The position numbers and the translations under genes are program-made. This document shows positions 12,008-25,030 of a stretch of 64,000 nucleotides of DNA, in pieces. The stretch spans positions 4,278,001 to 4,342,000 of the forward strand of contig OZ281495.1 of NCBI GenBank assembly GCA_965637545.1, written 5' to 3'. This DNA is from Phallusia mammillata (Eukaryota). Within the stretch, counting starts at the first letter, position 1. Each line of letters starts with the position of its first letter. The notes beneath the pieces were generated by a model. That model ran no database searches and was not told the DNA's origin. It was given only the letters and a program-made list of their open reading frames with translations.

Positions 12008-15000
12008 TTATTCTGGGTTTTTGTGGGTTTTTGTCTTTTCGTTCGAGGAATCGCTGGTTTTTACTAAAAATCGGTTAAATAACGTTTAAAACAATCTTTT
12101 CCTAGTTGTGGCAAACTGCCAAACTTTTTTCTTTGCGAAACATTTTGCTAAAGTGAAATTGTAACGATGCTCTAAACATTGTGGAAAAATGATTCTACAA
12201 CAGGACTGTAGTGTTAGCACATTGGTTGAAATACTTGGTACATATAATTTAGATACATATAACTTTGATTTGTTTTGTCAACTGTATCGTAGGTGTCACT
12301 AGTGAACGATAAAGATTCTTGTGAGTCAGAGTACAAGGGATTTATCCTTTCTTCTTTTTTGCTGTTTTCTGCTTCAAAATGTGTTTTGTCATAAAATCTA
12401 GCAGTTAGAATTCCATCATGATTATTTTGTCTGATTTTACTGCTTCACGAGTAAAGATTTAAGACAAATATGTTCAAATATGGTTGCAACGAAAGAGAAA
12501 TGTGAATTGCCTCAGCTTTACGTTTTCAAATCAACTTTAGCTTAAAGAACAAAAGTTTGGGTATTTTGGTATATGGTGGTCACAGTGTTTGATGCGATAT
12601 CTGTGTGACAGCGAAAATGTTGCAAAATGTACATTTGGATGAAGTATTGCTATATTTGCATGAGGGTTAAAAAATGTGACAAACGAGCCCTTGCAACAAA
12701 AATATTTATCAGTAGTCCCGTAATATACAGACACTAGAGCCATTTTTACCTTGTGTTGTATATCTGTCAGAAGTTGTATCAGTGTTCATGCCACCATAAA
12801 TCGGGTTTATTCGTTCTTCCTTTTCGGATTTCTCCACTTAAAATACATAACGAGTTGACGCTGTATAGTTCGGTGCATTTACAAACGCACAACTTACTTT
12901 TGTTTTTGTCCGACATTTCGACTATTGCATGTTTTTGTTGAGACACTTCTTTGATGGTTTCATTTGTGCCAAAATAAAAGCGAAAAAGAAATGGCTAACT
13001 GTTAGTTAACCTTTTTGTCTTTTGTTTCACGATGTAACAAGTTATCAGACTCTGTTTCAACTAACATTCAGCAAAACCATTATTATTATAATCAGTGAAA
13101 TATTTGTCAAAGAGTAAAAGTGGGTTTTGCCGAAAGTTCAAATTATATGATTACTTTATACCATCTTATATTGCTATTTTCCCTGGTTGAGCTACTTTTT
13201 TTGGTAGCAACCTGATTGTTTTGGTGTGGAATTTCGCCGGCAGCAAAAGGGGATTGCTCCAATCACTAAGGAAACGAGTACAATGCATCCAACAACACTT
13301 GCAGCTATAATGACTGTTTGTTCGCCCGTGCCTGGTGGAATTGGATCAGCACCAGTAAGGTACATATGAGCAGTGAGGGACTCGTGAGGAAAGATACTGG
13401 ATTTAAGAGTGAGTTCAAATTTCTGGTCATGTGTAGATATCTGAAATTGTATGGAGTAACCTAACCTAAAGCGTACGAGCATATGGAAAATATTTGAATG
13501 ATAAATCTGAGTATACTTACCAGGTTTAAGTGAAAGGTCTGTAAAGTGCTTCCATCGTGAAACGAGATGTTGCAAGATGGACAATCAACTCTTTTGCCTG
13601 CAGATAGAGCAATAAAATGTACATCACAAGTTATTGACTTGTTAATGAACACATTGAATAGTTCCGTTTTTTACCATTAGCTGTCAAGATCCAATTATCC
13701 ACTGAAGGATTGGATAAAAAGTGAAATACACATTGTCCGAGTTGAACATCGTTGTGACTGCAATTAACAATGTTGCTAAACTCCGTAACTGCGGCAACTA
13801 ATTAAAGCAAAACAATTGATAAGCGCCCCATCGACTAAAAAGAAAGTAATTTTATCCACACTTACATAAAACATTCACAAGCACAATGCTATATGCGGTT
13901 CCAAAATTGTTGTTAATTAAACAAGTGTAATTTCCCCAGTCGAATCTTGTCCAATTCTTTAATTCCAGAATAGAAGTGTTTCTGTGAGTTTCCCGATCGT
14001 TGAGGGAAGTTATCCATTTAAATGACGTGTTCAGCTCATTTTGATACAAAACACTGCAGTTTAAATTTAAATCATCGCCAACCATGATTTGTTCTGAGTC
14101 GTGTAAGCCATGTCTTATTTCAGGAATTTCTACAAACAATAGCACTTAGATAATAGGTAATTTTGCTTTAGTTGCCATTAAAGAGACTTACTTTCGTTTT
14201 GTTGTACAACAATCAATTCCAGTGATTTGGAATTATCAACTCCATGAGCGTTTGCAGAAAAACAATAAACTGATTGATATTGGTTAATATGCTCGGTTAT
14301 GTTGCATAACCCAAAAGTTTTGTTTGCAAATTGAATTGAGCAGTTAGCTTGTGGATTAGCATCGCTCTCACAATACAACGTCACATCTTGATTTCCATTA
14401 AGTAGTAGGCGTGAACCGGTGTGAATGATGTCGGCGGACTCTTGTGGTGTTACAAGTGCATCATACGGTTTGTCTGAAAAGTGTAAAACAGAAAACAAAT
14501 AAGACAATCTGAGCTTTCGTGCAATCACAGACATAAAACAATTTCAATTCTTCTTACACAGAACAACAATGTCAACATATGCTGCTGTGTTTTGAAACAA
14601 ATCAGTCGTGTTGCAAAAATATCTTCCTGTTTCAAGTCGTGTAATATTCCGCACCAATAATAATGAATTTTCAGATGCGCTTAAGTTTAAAGGCGTAATC
14701 CATTGAAAGGTTGTTTTAAGTTCATTTTGGTAATCAACCTTACAACTCAACTTTAACGTTTGTCCTTCAATTGCAGAGGAAAGTTGTTGAATTTTTGCTA
14801 CTCCTGCCATGATAATTTAATATCAATGGGTAAACCTGATCAAATACATGACAAACTTACTTGATTCTACCACAATTATTTGCTTTCTTTTACTTTCCTG
14901 CGATCCAGCACAAGTTGAAACTTGACACGTGACATATCCTGATTGGTTGAAATAATGATTTGTGTCACATGACTTGGAAAGTATGATTTTATTGAATTCC

Positions 15001-15978
15001 CAAAGGCAAGTAGCGAAATCCACATCGCTTTTGCAGTGAAGCGAAACGTTTTGAAACGAATTGAGAAATATTGTTGATTCCGAAATAATTACGTCATTGA
15101 AAGGATCAACTGTTGTTCTAACTTTACCAGGTTTCGCTAAAAAGTATTTAGTGTTTGTAGATAAAAAATATCAAGATAGTTAGAAAATTTTGAAATATGT
15201 ACATACAAAATACATTGATAGTGATGGTATCAGATCTTCCAGTTCTCTTATATATTTGTGTAAACGGTGTTTGTGCTTGACAGTATATTTTTGTCCCATT
15301 GTGTTGTTGTTGAAGATAGAGTAAGTAGGGTTTGCCCTAACAAACACTACGGTAATATTTTTCAAACATTTAATTTTAGTAAAATGCGTGACAACCTTAA
15401 AAGCAAAAACGTTTTTAAAACAAACCAAATACTTTTTTAATGAATGTCCTTTTTCCACCAATAACAAACTTGGTCATAGTTCCTTGTGGTATTGTATCCT
15501 CGTACAAACATGTTAAGGGAAGAATGTTTCCGATTGCGTTGCATGATGATGAGTTGACTTGTAATGTAACAGATGGTGCTGAAAAAAAAATGGCATACGT
15601 GAATATAGATTTAGGGAAAATGCCCAACCGCTTTTCAGGGCCCAAAATAAAACGCTTTCAGCTTTGTATGTACTTGACTGCTGAGATTTTTCTTGCGCAA
15701 CCACTTGTGTCAGGTTAAGTAAATATTTCCACAAGATTTTTATCTTATGACAGAGTGCAAACATGAAACATATTTCCACTAACCGTTCCAGCATTGTAAT
15801 CGATTCTGACCCGACCATTGAGCTGATTGTAAACAAACTGTTTGAGTGTTTTTTAATCCTGTGCCGTTTGAATGGAAAAGCTTTCCGTCATCCTGACAAC
15901 TAAAATTTCCCGGTGAATTAAAGTTGAAATCAGATTGTGACGTCAGAATTACACCATCGCCTTACGTTTGTCCACAAC
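12008..15978 (-). CDS. CCP/Sushi + multi-Ig type I receptor with NPxY tail modules; several exons carry lesions (partial gene or pseudogene)
   Basis: Sushi exon 15978-15784 (C...FSC...C..W...C, TAA at 15964-15962). Intact Ig exons 15578-15433 + 15336-15207, 15136-14861, 14803-14558, 14473-14192, 14129-13866 (e.g. LKLSC...FQWI...ETGRYFC; LNLNC...FKWI...DWGNYTC). A disrupted exon lies at ~13770-13519. TM exon 13331-13212 (VIIAASVVGCIVLVSLVIGAIPFCCRR). Tail exons 12836-12750 (KEERINPIY), 12371-12264 (KEERINPLY..DTYDTV), 12063-12008. The 5' end and signal exon were not found. Confidence 0.8.
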
Positions 15979-18105
15979 CTAAAACACAAGGATATTGTAA
16001 TTGAGTGACCAGTAGTTCAAACACTTTAACCAACTAATAACTTACTTCGGATTCTCATGGTAATATCATAAACAGAACAAGGTATTCCATAGCATGACGA
16101 ATTCATCTTCACTTCAGTTGTGTCAAAGGATATGGTTTATTTGTTTGGTAATTTTTATAGACTTTGTGTAGTATATTATACAATCACGAGTCTCCAGAGG
16201 CTCAGTACGAGGGATGGAGACGACACCAGACGAGTATATTAACAGACTGTAAACTTTGATCAGTCTGAAATCATTTACTATTTATTAAAGATTACCTGAC
16301 TATAATCCATCTACCGTATCTCAAAAGTGTTGCATATTTATAAGTGCTACAAATGTTTCTCAGAAAAAAATAATAATAATATTGCATTACATTTATCTTT
16401 GATTGAAGGTAAAACAGCAATTAATTGTTAAATGTGTAGTTAAACATGATTGTAGGCAAAGCAAAATGTGAGACTTTAGACGCAGTGCAGGGAAAATATG
16501 ACTTGCCAAAGTTTCAACGTGACTAATTGGAAATGAAAGTCGATTACAATGTTACAATTTTAAGCATCATAGTTAATAACACTGCATTGAGAGCAGCTGC
16601 ACCTCACTTTCTGACGGGTGTTGTCTTTTTGATGATTTTGCGATGGAAGTTCGGTCACTTTGCAAGGTTATGGAATACTTCAAAGCTTACAGTTTGAATT
16701 CTACGTGTCTGGTTTGCCCGCTTCTGCCAAAAGCAATGTTGTCATTGGGGGTAAGTAGGCCACAGTTTTGTTAGATATGTTTTATGAAATATAAGACCCA
16801 AAACAATTCCCAGATAAACGGTTTAAAAATAAATCCAATATAAAACAAATCACGTCAGCAGGTGCGCGGTTTATAGAAAACATTGTCACGCAGCGTTTTC
16901 ACTCACACAATAGGTCGCCATTCATTACATTGGATAATATCACTTTGCTTCACTACCAATGACAAAGTACTTTGACTCTAAAATAATAACTATTTTTTAA
17001 TTCCGACCATGTTGAAAGAGTTTTGTAGTCTAACTGAAAGATAAATTAAGTAACACGCAAGTGCAAAAAGCATCTGCAAGTCTTGCAGAAACGTAAAAAA
17101 ATACTGAGAGCTATAGACGCCAAGCGCAATATACCAAGCTTAGTACTGCACAAAAACGTACGTATAGTTAAACTTCATCAAAGCGCACATGTTCAAACGC
17201 TGTAACATTCAATTTATAAATAAACCTGCTTCCAAGTATAAAGGTACAAAAAGGCCTAGGTACAAATGTCAACCCGAAGTTCATTGTTCGTCATGACGGT
17301 CGTCTTTTGTTTTTCATTGTGCGTGAAAAGTAATTCACGAAGAGGAACTAAACGGAAAACGCTCATCGAAACACAAGCAGTCTTTGGTACCTGAGAGTCG
17401 TCAAACGATTTAATTTAAACTTATATACTTATAAGGTAACTTTGCATCGTTTTCATCTGTTATATTTGTTTGATAATTCAACTTTTATGACAGAATGAAA
17501 GAAATTCTTAAAAAATGATTAAAATGGTGTGAAACATAATTGCTGGAGGAAAAAAACCTGAATCGACAAACAGCGCAATGACGAATGTAAGTACCGCGGT
17601 TGGTATTTTGGTCCTAATTGATGAAACGCAACTACAGAAAGATAAAAAAGTGAATACGACTGAGCTACATTCAACTTGTTACAATTAACCTGGGTCTGCT
17701 GAAAATTTGAACAAAATAATTTCGTCTTTTCTCGCTTTTTCATGGATCAAGTAATTTCGTAGGAATTTATTTGATTTTTCTATTTGCCCTTATCTTTGCT
17801 GACAATTTTGTTTTATGCTACTGGTTGCAACAAATTAATTAGGATTACGCAAATAACTTTATCCAGTTTTTGACCGTCTGATATCCACCCGTGTCGACTC
17901 AGTGGCACAGCCTTGGAGTCGAAAACCTTTCAAACATGGCGTGCCACATTAAATGGGTTTGTATGCCGAAACTGTATTATGTGATAGACTGATAATGGTT
18001 ATAGTCCCTGGTACTTTGAGTAGTAATCATATAGCAAAAAAATTCGTGCGTGTAGGCTGCTTTTTTCACACACTGAAAACTATTAAGCAATGTAATAGTT
18101 TAAAG

Positions 18106-19189
18106 CAGGGGTGCACAACCTGCGGCCGAATAGATAAGTTAGTGCGGCCGTGAATAGCCTATATGTTTGTTAAAATATATGTACTGGCGGTCGTGACGTA
18201 AATAAAACTCTTTTGCTAAATATTTTGATTTTCAAACTGCTCTAAAAAGATTTTGTAAGACTGTAAAGAGTATTACCAGCCTTGTAGCCCCTATACCAGA
18301 CCTGGGCATTGTACGGCCCGCGGGCCACATCTGGCCCGTTGGCTGTCCCTGTACGGCCCGCGTGAGGTCAAGTAAATTGAAACATAAATCAAAAAAGGCC
18401 TATTTATGCTGTGCATAAAATACGACAATTGTTTTTGTAGAAATATATATATAGGTAAATTTATATTTGTATATTACGTATTACCGCGCATGCGTGGGCG
18501 TACAGCTACATGTGATGCTAATCAAAGTCTACATAAAACACAAATTATCCAACCCATTGTTACGCAACAAAGTCATATTGAGCCCTTCTGTGTAACAATG
18601 GATTGGAAAACATGTGTTTTATGTAGAATTGATGCTGGTAAGCTAGCCCTCATCATGTCAGCCTAATGCAAATACAAAAAAGTCGATTCAGAATGACGCA
18701 CTTTCAACAAGTCATGGACTGTTAAATATTTGTTTACAGAAGTCAAAGATAAAGCTGTGTGTTTAGTTTGTTGGACTCTGTTGCCCTAACGCCGGATAAA
18801 TTGATGAGCAGAATTAGGTTTCAACTTTTATTGGTCCGGCCCTACCACACAAGTCAGTTTTCTTGTGTGGCCCTTTTCAAAAATTAATTGCCCACCCCTG
18901 CCCTATACATTAGACTTTTTATACCCTTATTGTGTGTAAACAATGTTAAAAACAGGCACCACTTGCGTCATAATATACATTGTGACGTCATAAATAGCTA
19001 AGAGTGGTCGTCAGACTGTTTAGCTCAATCTGTGCATCAAGTTAGAAATTAATCTGGACTTTTTGGTCGCCATTAGGTGGTTTATATACGTGAGAAAAAA
19101 CTATCTTTCACATCAGCAATTTTAGGCGGCCGCTTGTGAAATAAAGTCCTGCGATGCGGCCGTCGTAGCAAAAAGGTTGTGCACCCCTG
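18106..19189. mobile_element. hAT-family MITE (outer element)
   Basis: TIRs CAGGGGTGCACAACC / GGTTGTGCACCCCTG; 8-bp TSD GTTTAAAG / GGTTAAAG (7/8). Same family as 54696-55017. Confidence 0.85.
18297..18900. mobile_element. hAT-family MITE nested inside 18106-19189
   Basis: Imperfect TIRs CAGACCTGGGCA / TGCCCACCCCTG; perfect 8-bp TSD CCCTATAC at 18289-18296 and 18901-18908; GGCCCG-rich subterminal repeats. Confidence 0.85.
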
Positions 19190-19769
19190 GGTTAAAGGAT
19201 ATCAAAGATGAGTATATGAAATCGTAAATTGTTTGGCGTAGCAGAAAAAAATCTATTGGACTGCTTGCCAAAAGTTGCCGACCCTTTCTATAATGTCACT
19301 CAACGTTTCAACTCTTTAAGGTCATTTTCTCCTCACAAGAACCTGTGTGGCACTTGTATTTAACTTCCCATTACTCTCGTTCAGCGCAATTACAACCGTT
19401 AGGTTTTCGCATCTGTGTTCGTGTTTTATCATCAAAATAATTCATCGTGCGTATCATGTTGATGTACACGTTAACGAAACATATTGTACTGCACAAACGG
19501 AACGATCTGAGCCAAACTTTAGAATAGTGGTTCTTGCCAGGGGCGTTATCCCGAAATGAGTAATCTGACATTTTACTAGGGCATAATTACATCACGAATT
19601 TTTTCATAGAAAAGCGGGGAATTTAAAAACCGCCTGACTGTTTCTGTAATGAAAACTAAAAAAGGTTAAGAGCTACTGCTCAGACGGTAAGGCATTAAAA
19701 ATTCCAAGCTATAACTCATTCGACTGCTGTTGTTAAGGCAAACAAAAATTTATTAAATCTTGTATTTAG

Positions 19770-22754
19770 GAGTTTGGTACATGTCGGGCGGATCTGATAA
19801 AATGTTATGATGACAATCGAGGCTTTTTGGGCCGGGGAACGTTTTCCTGTGTCCGACTCGGACGAATGGACGACAAGGATGTTGCTTTGAAAATTTTCGA
19901 TCTAAAGCCACAAGAAGGGATATTTGTTAACTCAGGATACAGGTAACGTAATCACTTTTACCTTACAATGACGGTAAATTTTCACTCATAGAATATAGTT
20001 CCAATACATAGTCACTCATAGAATATAGTTCCAATAAATATCACGCAGCAGCGAGTGCAGGCCGACCGGGCAAATATGTCACTATTCCGTCACTATTTAT
20101 TTTTAGAGTAAAGGAGGAATTCAAATTGCTCGACAAGATCCATCACGACAACATAATAACAACTTTCGGCTTTACACGATGGGATCAATTCCGGATGGCG
20201 ATTGTCACCGAATATTTGCCCTGCGGTGACCTTGAAGGGTTATTGTTTCACCCCAGCAACGAAAATAGTGACGTCAGCTTTCCTTTGCGTCTGCGATTGA
20301 TTTATGACGTCGCAAAAGGTGTAGAGCACTTGCACAATCTTCCTGGAGGAGGTTACGTGGTTCATGGCGACCTTAAGTGTGGCAACATTTTGTTGACAGA
20401 AAATCTTGGTTGCAAAATTCCTGATTTCGGCAGCGCGTTTCTGGTGCAACGTGACGATGAAACAGAAGGTAATGATGGCCTTGTTCCCTTTACGATTCTA
20501 TACGCAGCACCTGAGCTTCTATGTGATGCAGACCTGCCCAGTAAGAAAACCGATGTTTACAGCGTTGGGATAATCATCCAGGCCGTAATTTTTCGCTTTT
20601 CGCCGTATACGCATGTTCTTGATTATGTATCCAGCGATGAGAGGAACGTTAAGATAAAAGATGCGATTTTGCGCGGAAAAGCACCAATTCCTGATGAACA
20701 TCAAACGTTTGTTCAAACAGAAGCTAATCGAAAGGGGTACAAACAATTGGTTACTAATATTGTAGCAGAGGCAAACAACTGTTGCAATTACTCGCCGGAG
20801 CACCGCCCACAGATCCCTGGTGTCCGTAAAAAAATCGAACCTCTAGTGGAGAAATATTCTCCAAAAAGAAAGGAGATCCAAACCATCGTCGGGTTGCTGA
20901 AAGCCGGCCATCACTTCGCTCAAGATAAAACCAAACTCGTTGCGCTTCCTAGATTTTCTTTCGAAAAAGAAGACTTAGACGGTAAACTATTTACTAAATT
21001 TACATAAGTTATTTGCCACTTTCGGAAAATTACAGCGTTCTAATGATTTTCTACGATTTTTTTCTACAGGAATAAGCATACAATCTTCTTGACAGTTTTC
21101 CTTTTATTGAAGGTGCAACGGATATTTTTATTTCTACATTTAGTGTTTTTTTCTGATTTCCTGGCGTTTAAAGGCATAAATGTTTTTCTTCAAGCCAGTT
21201 TTAGTTTTCTGGCAGCCGATATTTTGATCTGTGATGGAACTTTATTTAATATAGATTCGTGGAAATTGATTCGATGTAAATTAATGAAGTTTTTGTGCAA
21301 ATGTCAATATTTGCTCAAACTGATTTCCATGTGATGTATTCACAAATACAATCAATTTTTATTAAATTGTGTTTTAGATTGAAGTTCTAGCAAACAACAC
21401 AGTGACAACATCGGGAAACAATTTTCCAAACAGACAAAGGAAAACAATAAGAACAAGGGTGATAAAATTAGAACACAAGACAAGCAGGTGAAAGATCAAG
21501 CAAACAAACCATCCAGTTCACAAAGTTTGTCACCAGGTAAAAGTAAAAGAACAAAAGTTTAAAAAATAAATATTAACAAACGATCGCGATGGATTTTAAT
21601 TAAAATTGCAGTTTGTGAGTTTTCCAAACACAATTTTACGATGTTAATATATACGTAATACACAAGTTGCGATCGGTCTGGAGTTGACACACGTGTTTAA
21701 ATTTGAACTTGGTTACACATTTAGATAAGATTCCTGGCAAGGAACGAAAACGAAGTATGGATGGAAAATTGGTAACACAAGCAGCGGGGAACGCCATACG
21801 CAGAAAAAATGCAAAACAAAGCGAAACAGATAAAGCATACAAAGTTTTTCCTTCACAAAGCATTTTATCAGGTCGGTGATAAAAAAATAAACACCAACTG
21901 AGCCCTGAAACATAGGTAACTCTGACATGTTTTGGGGTTGAAATAATAGTAGGCAAAAACTTGAACGTTATGCGAAATTAAAGATCGCACTTCGCAAGTA
22001 GTTTACTATTTACATGATGACATGATTAATTCGTGTAATAAATACAATTCTGAAAATTCAGACAAAAAAGTGCATTCAGTAGCAGACAACCTGGAGGGAC
22101 AGAAACCAAATACAACATATAGCCAACAGATGAAAAGGCACGAAAAGGATTCTTCTTTCCAAACACGGCAATCAGCAGGCATGTAAAAACAAGCGTACAT
22201 AAAGTTGCAAAAAATATCGTATCGGGTTTTAATAAGTATTCCACTTCATCACATTTTTTATTTTTTACGTTTTTGTTGCTTTGAAATCTAATTATGAGTA
22301 TGTTTTAAATCAACCGTTTCTAAGTTACATTTAATTTAATCTTTTACATACTTAATTTTTAATTTTTTGTAATTTTAGAAGTTAAATTCATTTTATTAAG
22401 CAACGGAAAACAAAACAACTTGCACTTTGGCTGCAAGAAACTACAAAAACATGTTAAATACAGTGTGTTAAGCGTACACACTAGTTATTGCTATAAAGTT
22501 GGTTAATAATCGCCATTGTTTTTGTGATCCTTTTTGGTGTTGTTCTGGAGAGGGTGTCTAACTATACTTTGCAACCACAGGGCGAAGAAATGATCGCTGT
22601 CCTGAGGTTTGGTTGTTCGTGGTATGTAAACACATTCTTTACTTTAAACTGATTTAATATTAAACATTTATGTCTTCGTAAACAGTTTGCACTTGTACTA
22701 ATTCTATTGTGGATACCCAATCAGCAATTTTTCTACCAGAACCGTCGCCACTAG
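19770..22754 (+). CDS. K1: RIPK-like non-RD TKL kinase with predicted C-terminal TM anchor
   Basis: Exon 19770-19942 (LGRGTFSCV, VALK); exon 20107-20981 (HGDLKCGN, IPDFG, APE, KTDVYSVG). Phase-1 linker exons 21378-21536 (in-frame TGA at 21380), 21725-21871, 22062-22178 (GC donor). TM exons 22581-22621 + 22686-22754: CPEVWLFV|FALVLILLWIPNQQFFYQNRRH*. The start exon is not resolved. Confidence 0.85.
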
Positions 22755-23132
22755 TGCCGCTGTCGTGTGGACTTCTGCATGCATGATTTTGTTATCCGGT
22801 TTTAATGTAGATTTAAATGTAGTTTAGTTTGTCTATTTTCGTGTATATTGGTTAATGCGCTTTTAGCGTGTGTATAAAGTTTTGTTTTGTACATGTTTGT
22901 GCCCTTTTATCATTGAGGTATATACATGTAAATAATTAAGCAACGTTTAAACATGTTTTGTAAAATCTGAATTACACGGGTTTGTTGTGAACGAAAATCA
23001 AAATCACCTAATAAACAGATTTACTTAACTTTTCACATAACAGGACGAACCGAAATTAGTTTTATTTAATCACAAGTTATCTGCAAATCGTTTAACTCTA
23101 AAGTTTTAGTGCAATATTTGCAACGCCTGCGC

Positions 23133-23196
23133 GTTTACTTCTGTGACCGTATATAGTAAAGTTGTGTTTACTTCTGTGACCGTATATAGTAAAGTT
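23133..23196. repeat. Two-copy tandem repeat, period 33
   Basis: gtttacttctgtgaccgtatatagtaaagtt at 23133 and 23166. Confidence 0.85.
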
Positions 23197-23559
23197 CATA
23201 AAATTGTTGAAATTGCTCAAGGCTGAAGCATACTTCCATATGACAACAAATAAATGTCCTACAATGATACAGCGCTCAATTCCTGAAAGAGTACACAAGG
23301 TGTGCTTTGAAAAAGGGTGGTTGTTGGCAACTGCACTTCTTCATCTGTTACAAGCTACCTGGTCCTATTTGATTGCAGTTGTTAAGTTGCCTTGGTGTTA
23401 AGTTTGACTTAAACATTTATAGATACAAGGCAGTTAGGCACAATGTGAATTGTTAGCACTGGTTTCACGTTGAAAATGTTTATCGCATAGTCATTGGAAA
23501 TTAAATCGGTATAAATTAAGGCTCAAACTTTGGTTAATTTCATTGACTGAAGGTCCAAA

Positions 23560-25030
23560 TTTCCTGTTGGAAGGTTAGTGACAAATATATTACTACAAAC
23601 CGCTATACAAATACATCGCCGGATTTTAGTGAAAACATTTAAGCTTAGCTCAATAGTGCTTGTTAGTAGATTGATTAGAGTTAATTCAACGGTATTGGAA
23701 TTGACGTAACTGGAAAAGTACGCAAAATATTTATTCTAAAGTTAAACATATAATGGATTTCGCATTCCACATGAATTCCACTCACAATAGGCCGTACACT
23801 GCACTTCGTTTCTCGGCCATAAAAGCATTCGGCTCACCATCATAGCGGGTTTTGACAACAAACTGTAAAAACGTATGTTTGAAAATGGCCGTAAGCTCCA
23901 TTTCGGTAAACATTTAAACTATACATTTTACCGTTATGGCAGTAGAATGGGTTGACTTGATTGCAGCATAATCACACACTTTTAGTTGCATACACTTAGG
24001 CTAGGATTTATAACTATACAATAGTAACACACAACAATAAGAAGCCTAAAGTGTCACGCAGTTATGAACGTTTTTACTTGCGCGGAACAACATATTTTTT
24101 TACAATATTTACGATATATTGTTTTAATGTTAACCCCACTTTGTGTTGTCTTTCCACCTATTTCACGTTAAGGAGAATAAAAACAAATTACTTTGTAATT
24201 ACAACGCCTGAAGAATGGCCGATCGTGGTTTGGTTAATCATTGTAAGTTAACATGATATGCATGTTAAACTGATTTATTCTTATTGACAAAATAACCGTA
24301 TCAAATGTTTACAGTTTGCCTTTATATTGATTGTAATATGGATCCCAAGCCAGCTGTAATTCAGGATTCAGATGAATTAGCATGGGCATTTACTACATTG
24401 CACTTTACCGTGTATAGAGTCTTATGTATGTGAATTCTGTTTCATTTGGTCAGCAAAACCATCGGGTTCAACTACTGGTTTATGCAGCCGGCTATATAAC
24501 GCCATCAGGTCCATGCGGTAGGTTCCGATCCCACGGCAGAATATACCCAGTAAACCCCAAGCATCACTTAAATCAGTCGTTCTCAACTCGTTTCACCAGT
24601 TCAATTGACAGAATATCGTGGACCAGTCCATTGTTCCGTAAAGATATAAAGAAAACATCCACTACAAGCATATTGGCTTGAAATATAAGCTTATTTCTTC
24701 ACTACAGAATTTGGAGGAGTGATTTCAAAACAACTAACAGCTATCAATAAATAGTCATTAACTTGGATAGGCTTTTTTCGAACTTAATATTCAAAAAATT
24801 ACATGCAACTATTTCCGTTTTTATCGTCAGATAAGTTGTAATTTACTTCCTGTGTATCACCCAAAAAGTCATCATGGACCACCAATTGATAACCACTGAC
24901 TTAAAAAGAAGAATACTTGGCTCGATAACGCATGTTTTTTTCATTGTCCTTGCCGTTTTACAAAACTGTTCAATATAGATATGTCTGAGAAAGTGCTAAT
25001 GCTAATATACAAACGTGACTTGACTTGTTC
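23560..25030 (+). pseudogene. Orphan kinase-gene 3' fragment A (kinase-exon donor remnant plus TM exons); duplicate of 37010-38340
   Basis: Begins with ...ctgttggaag|gttagtgacaaa (kinase exon end). TM exons 24205-24242 and 24315-24359 encode PEEWPIVVWLII|FAFILIVIWIPSQL*, but the first acceptor reads AA instead of AG. High DNA similarity to the region after K4. Confidence 0.75.
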
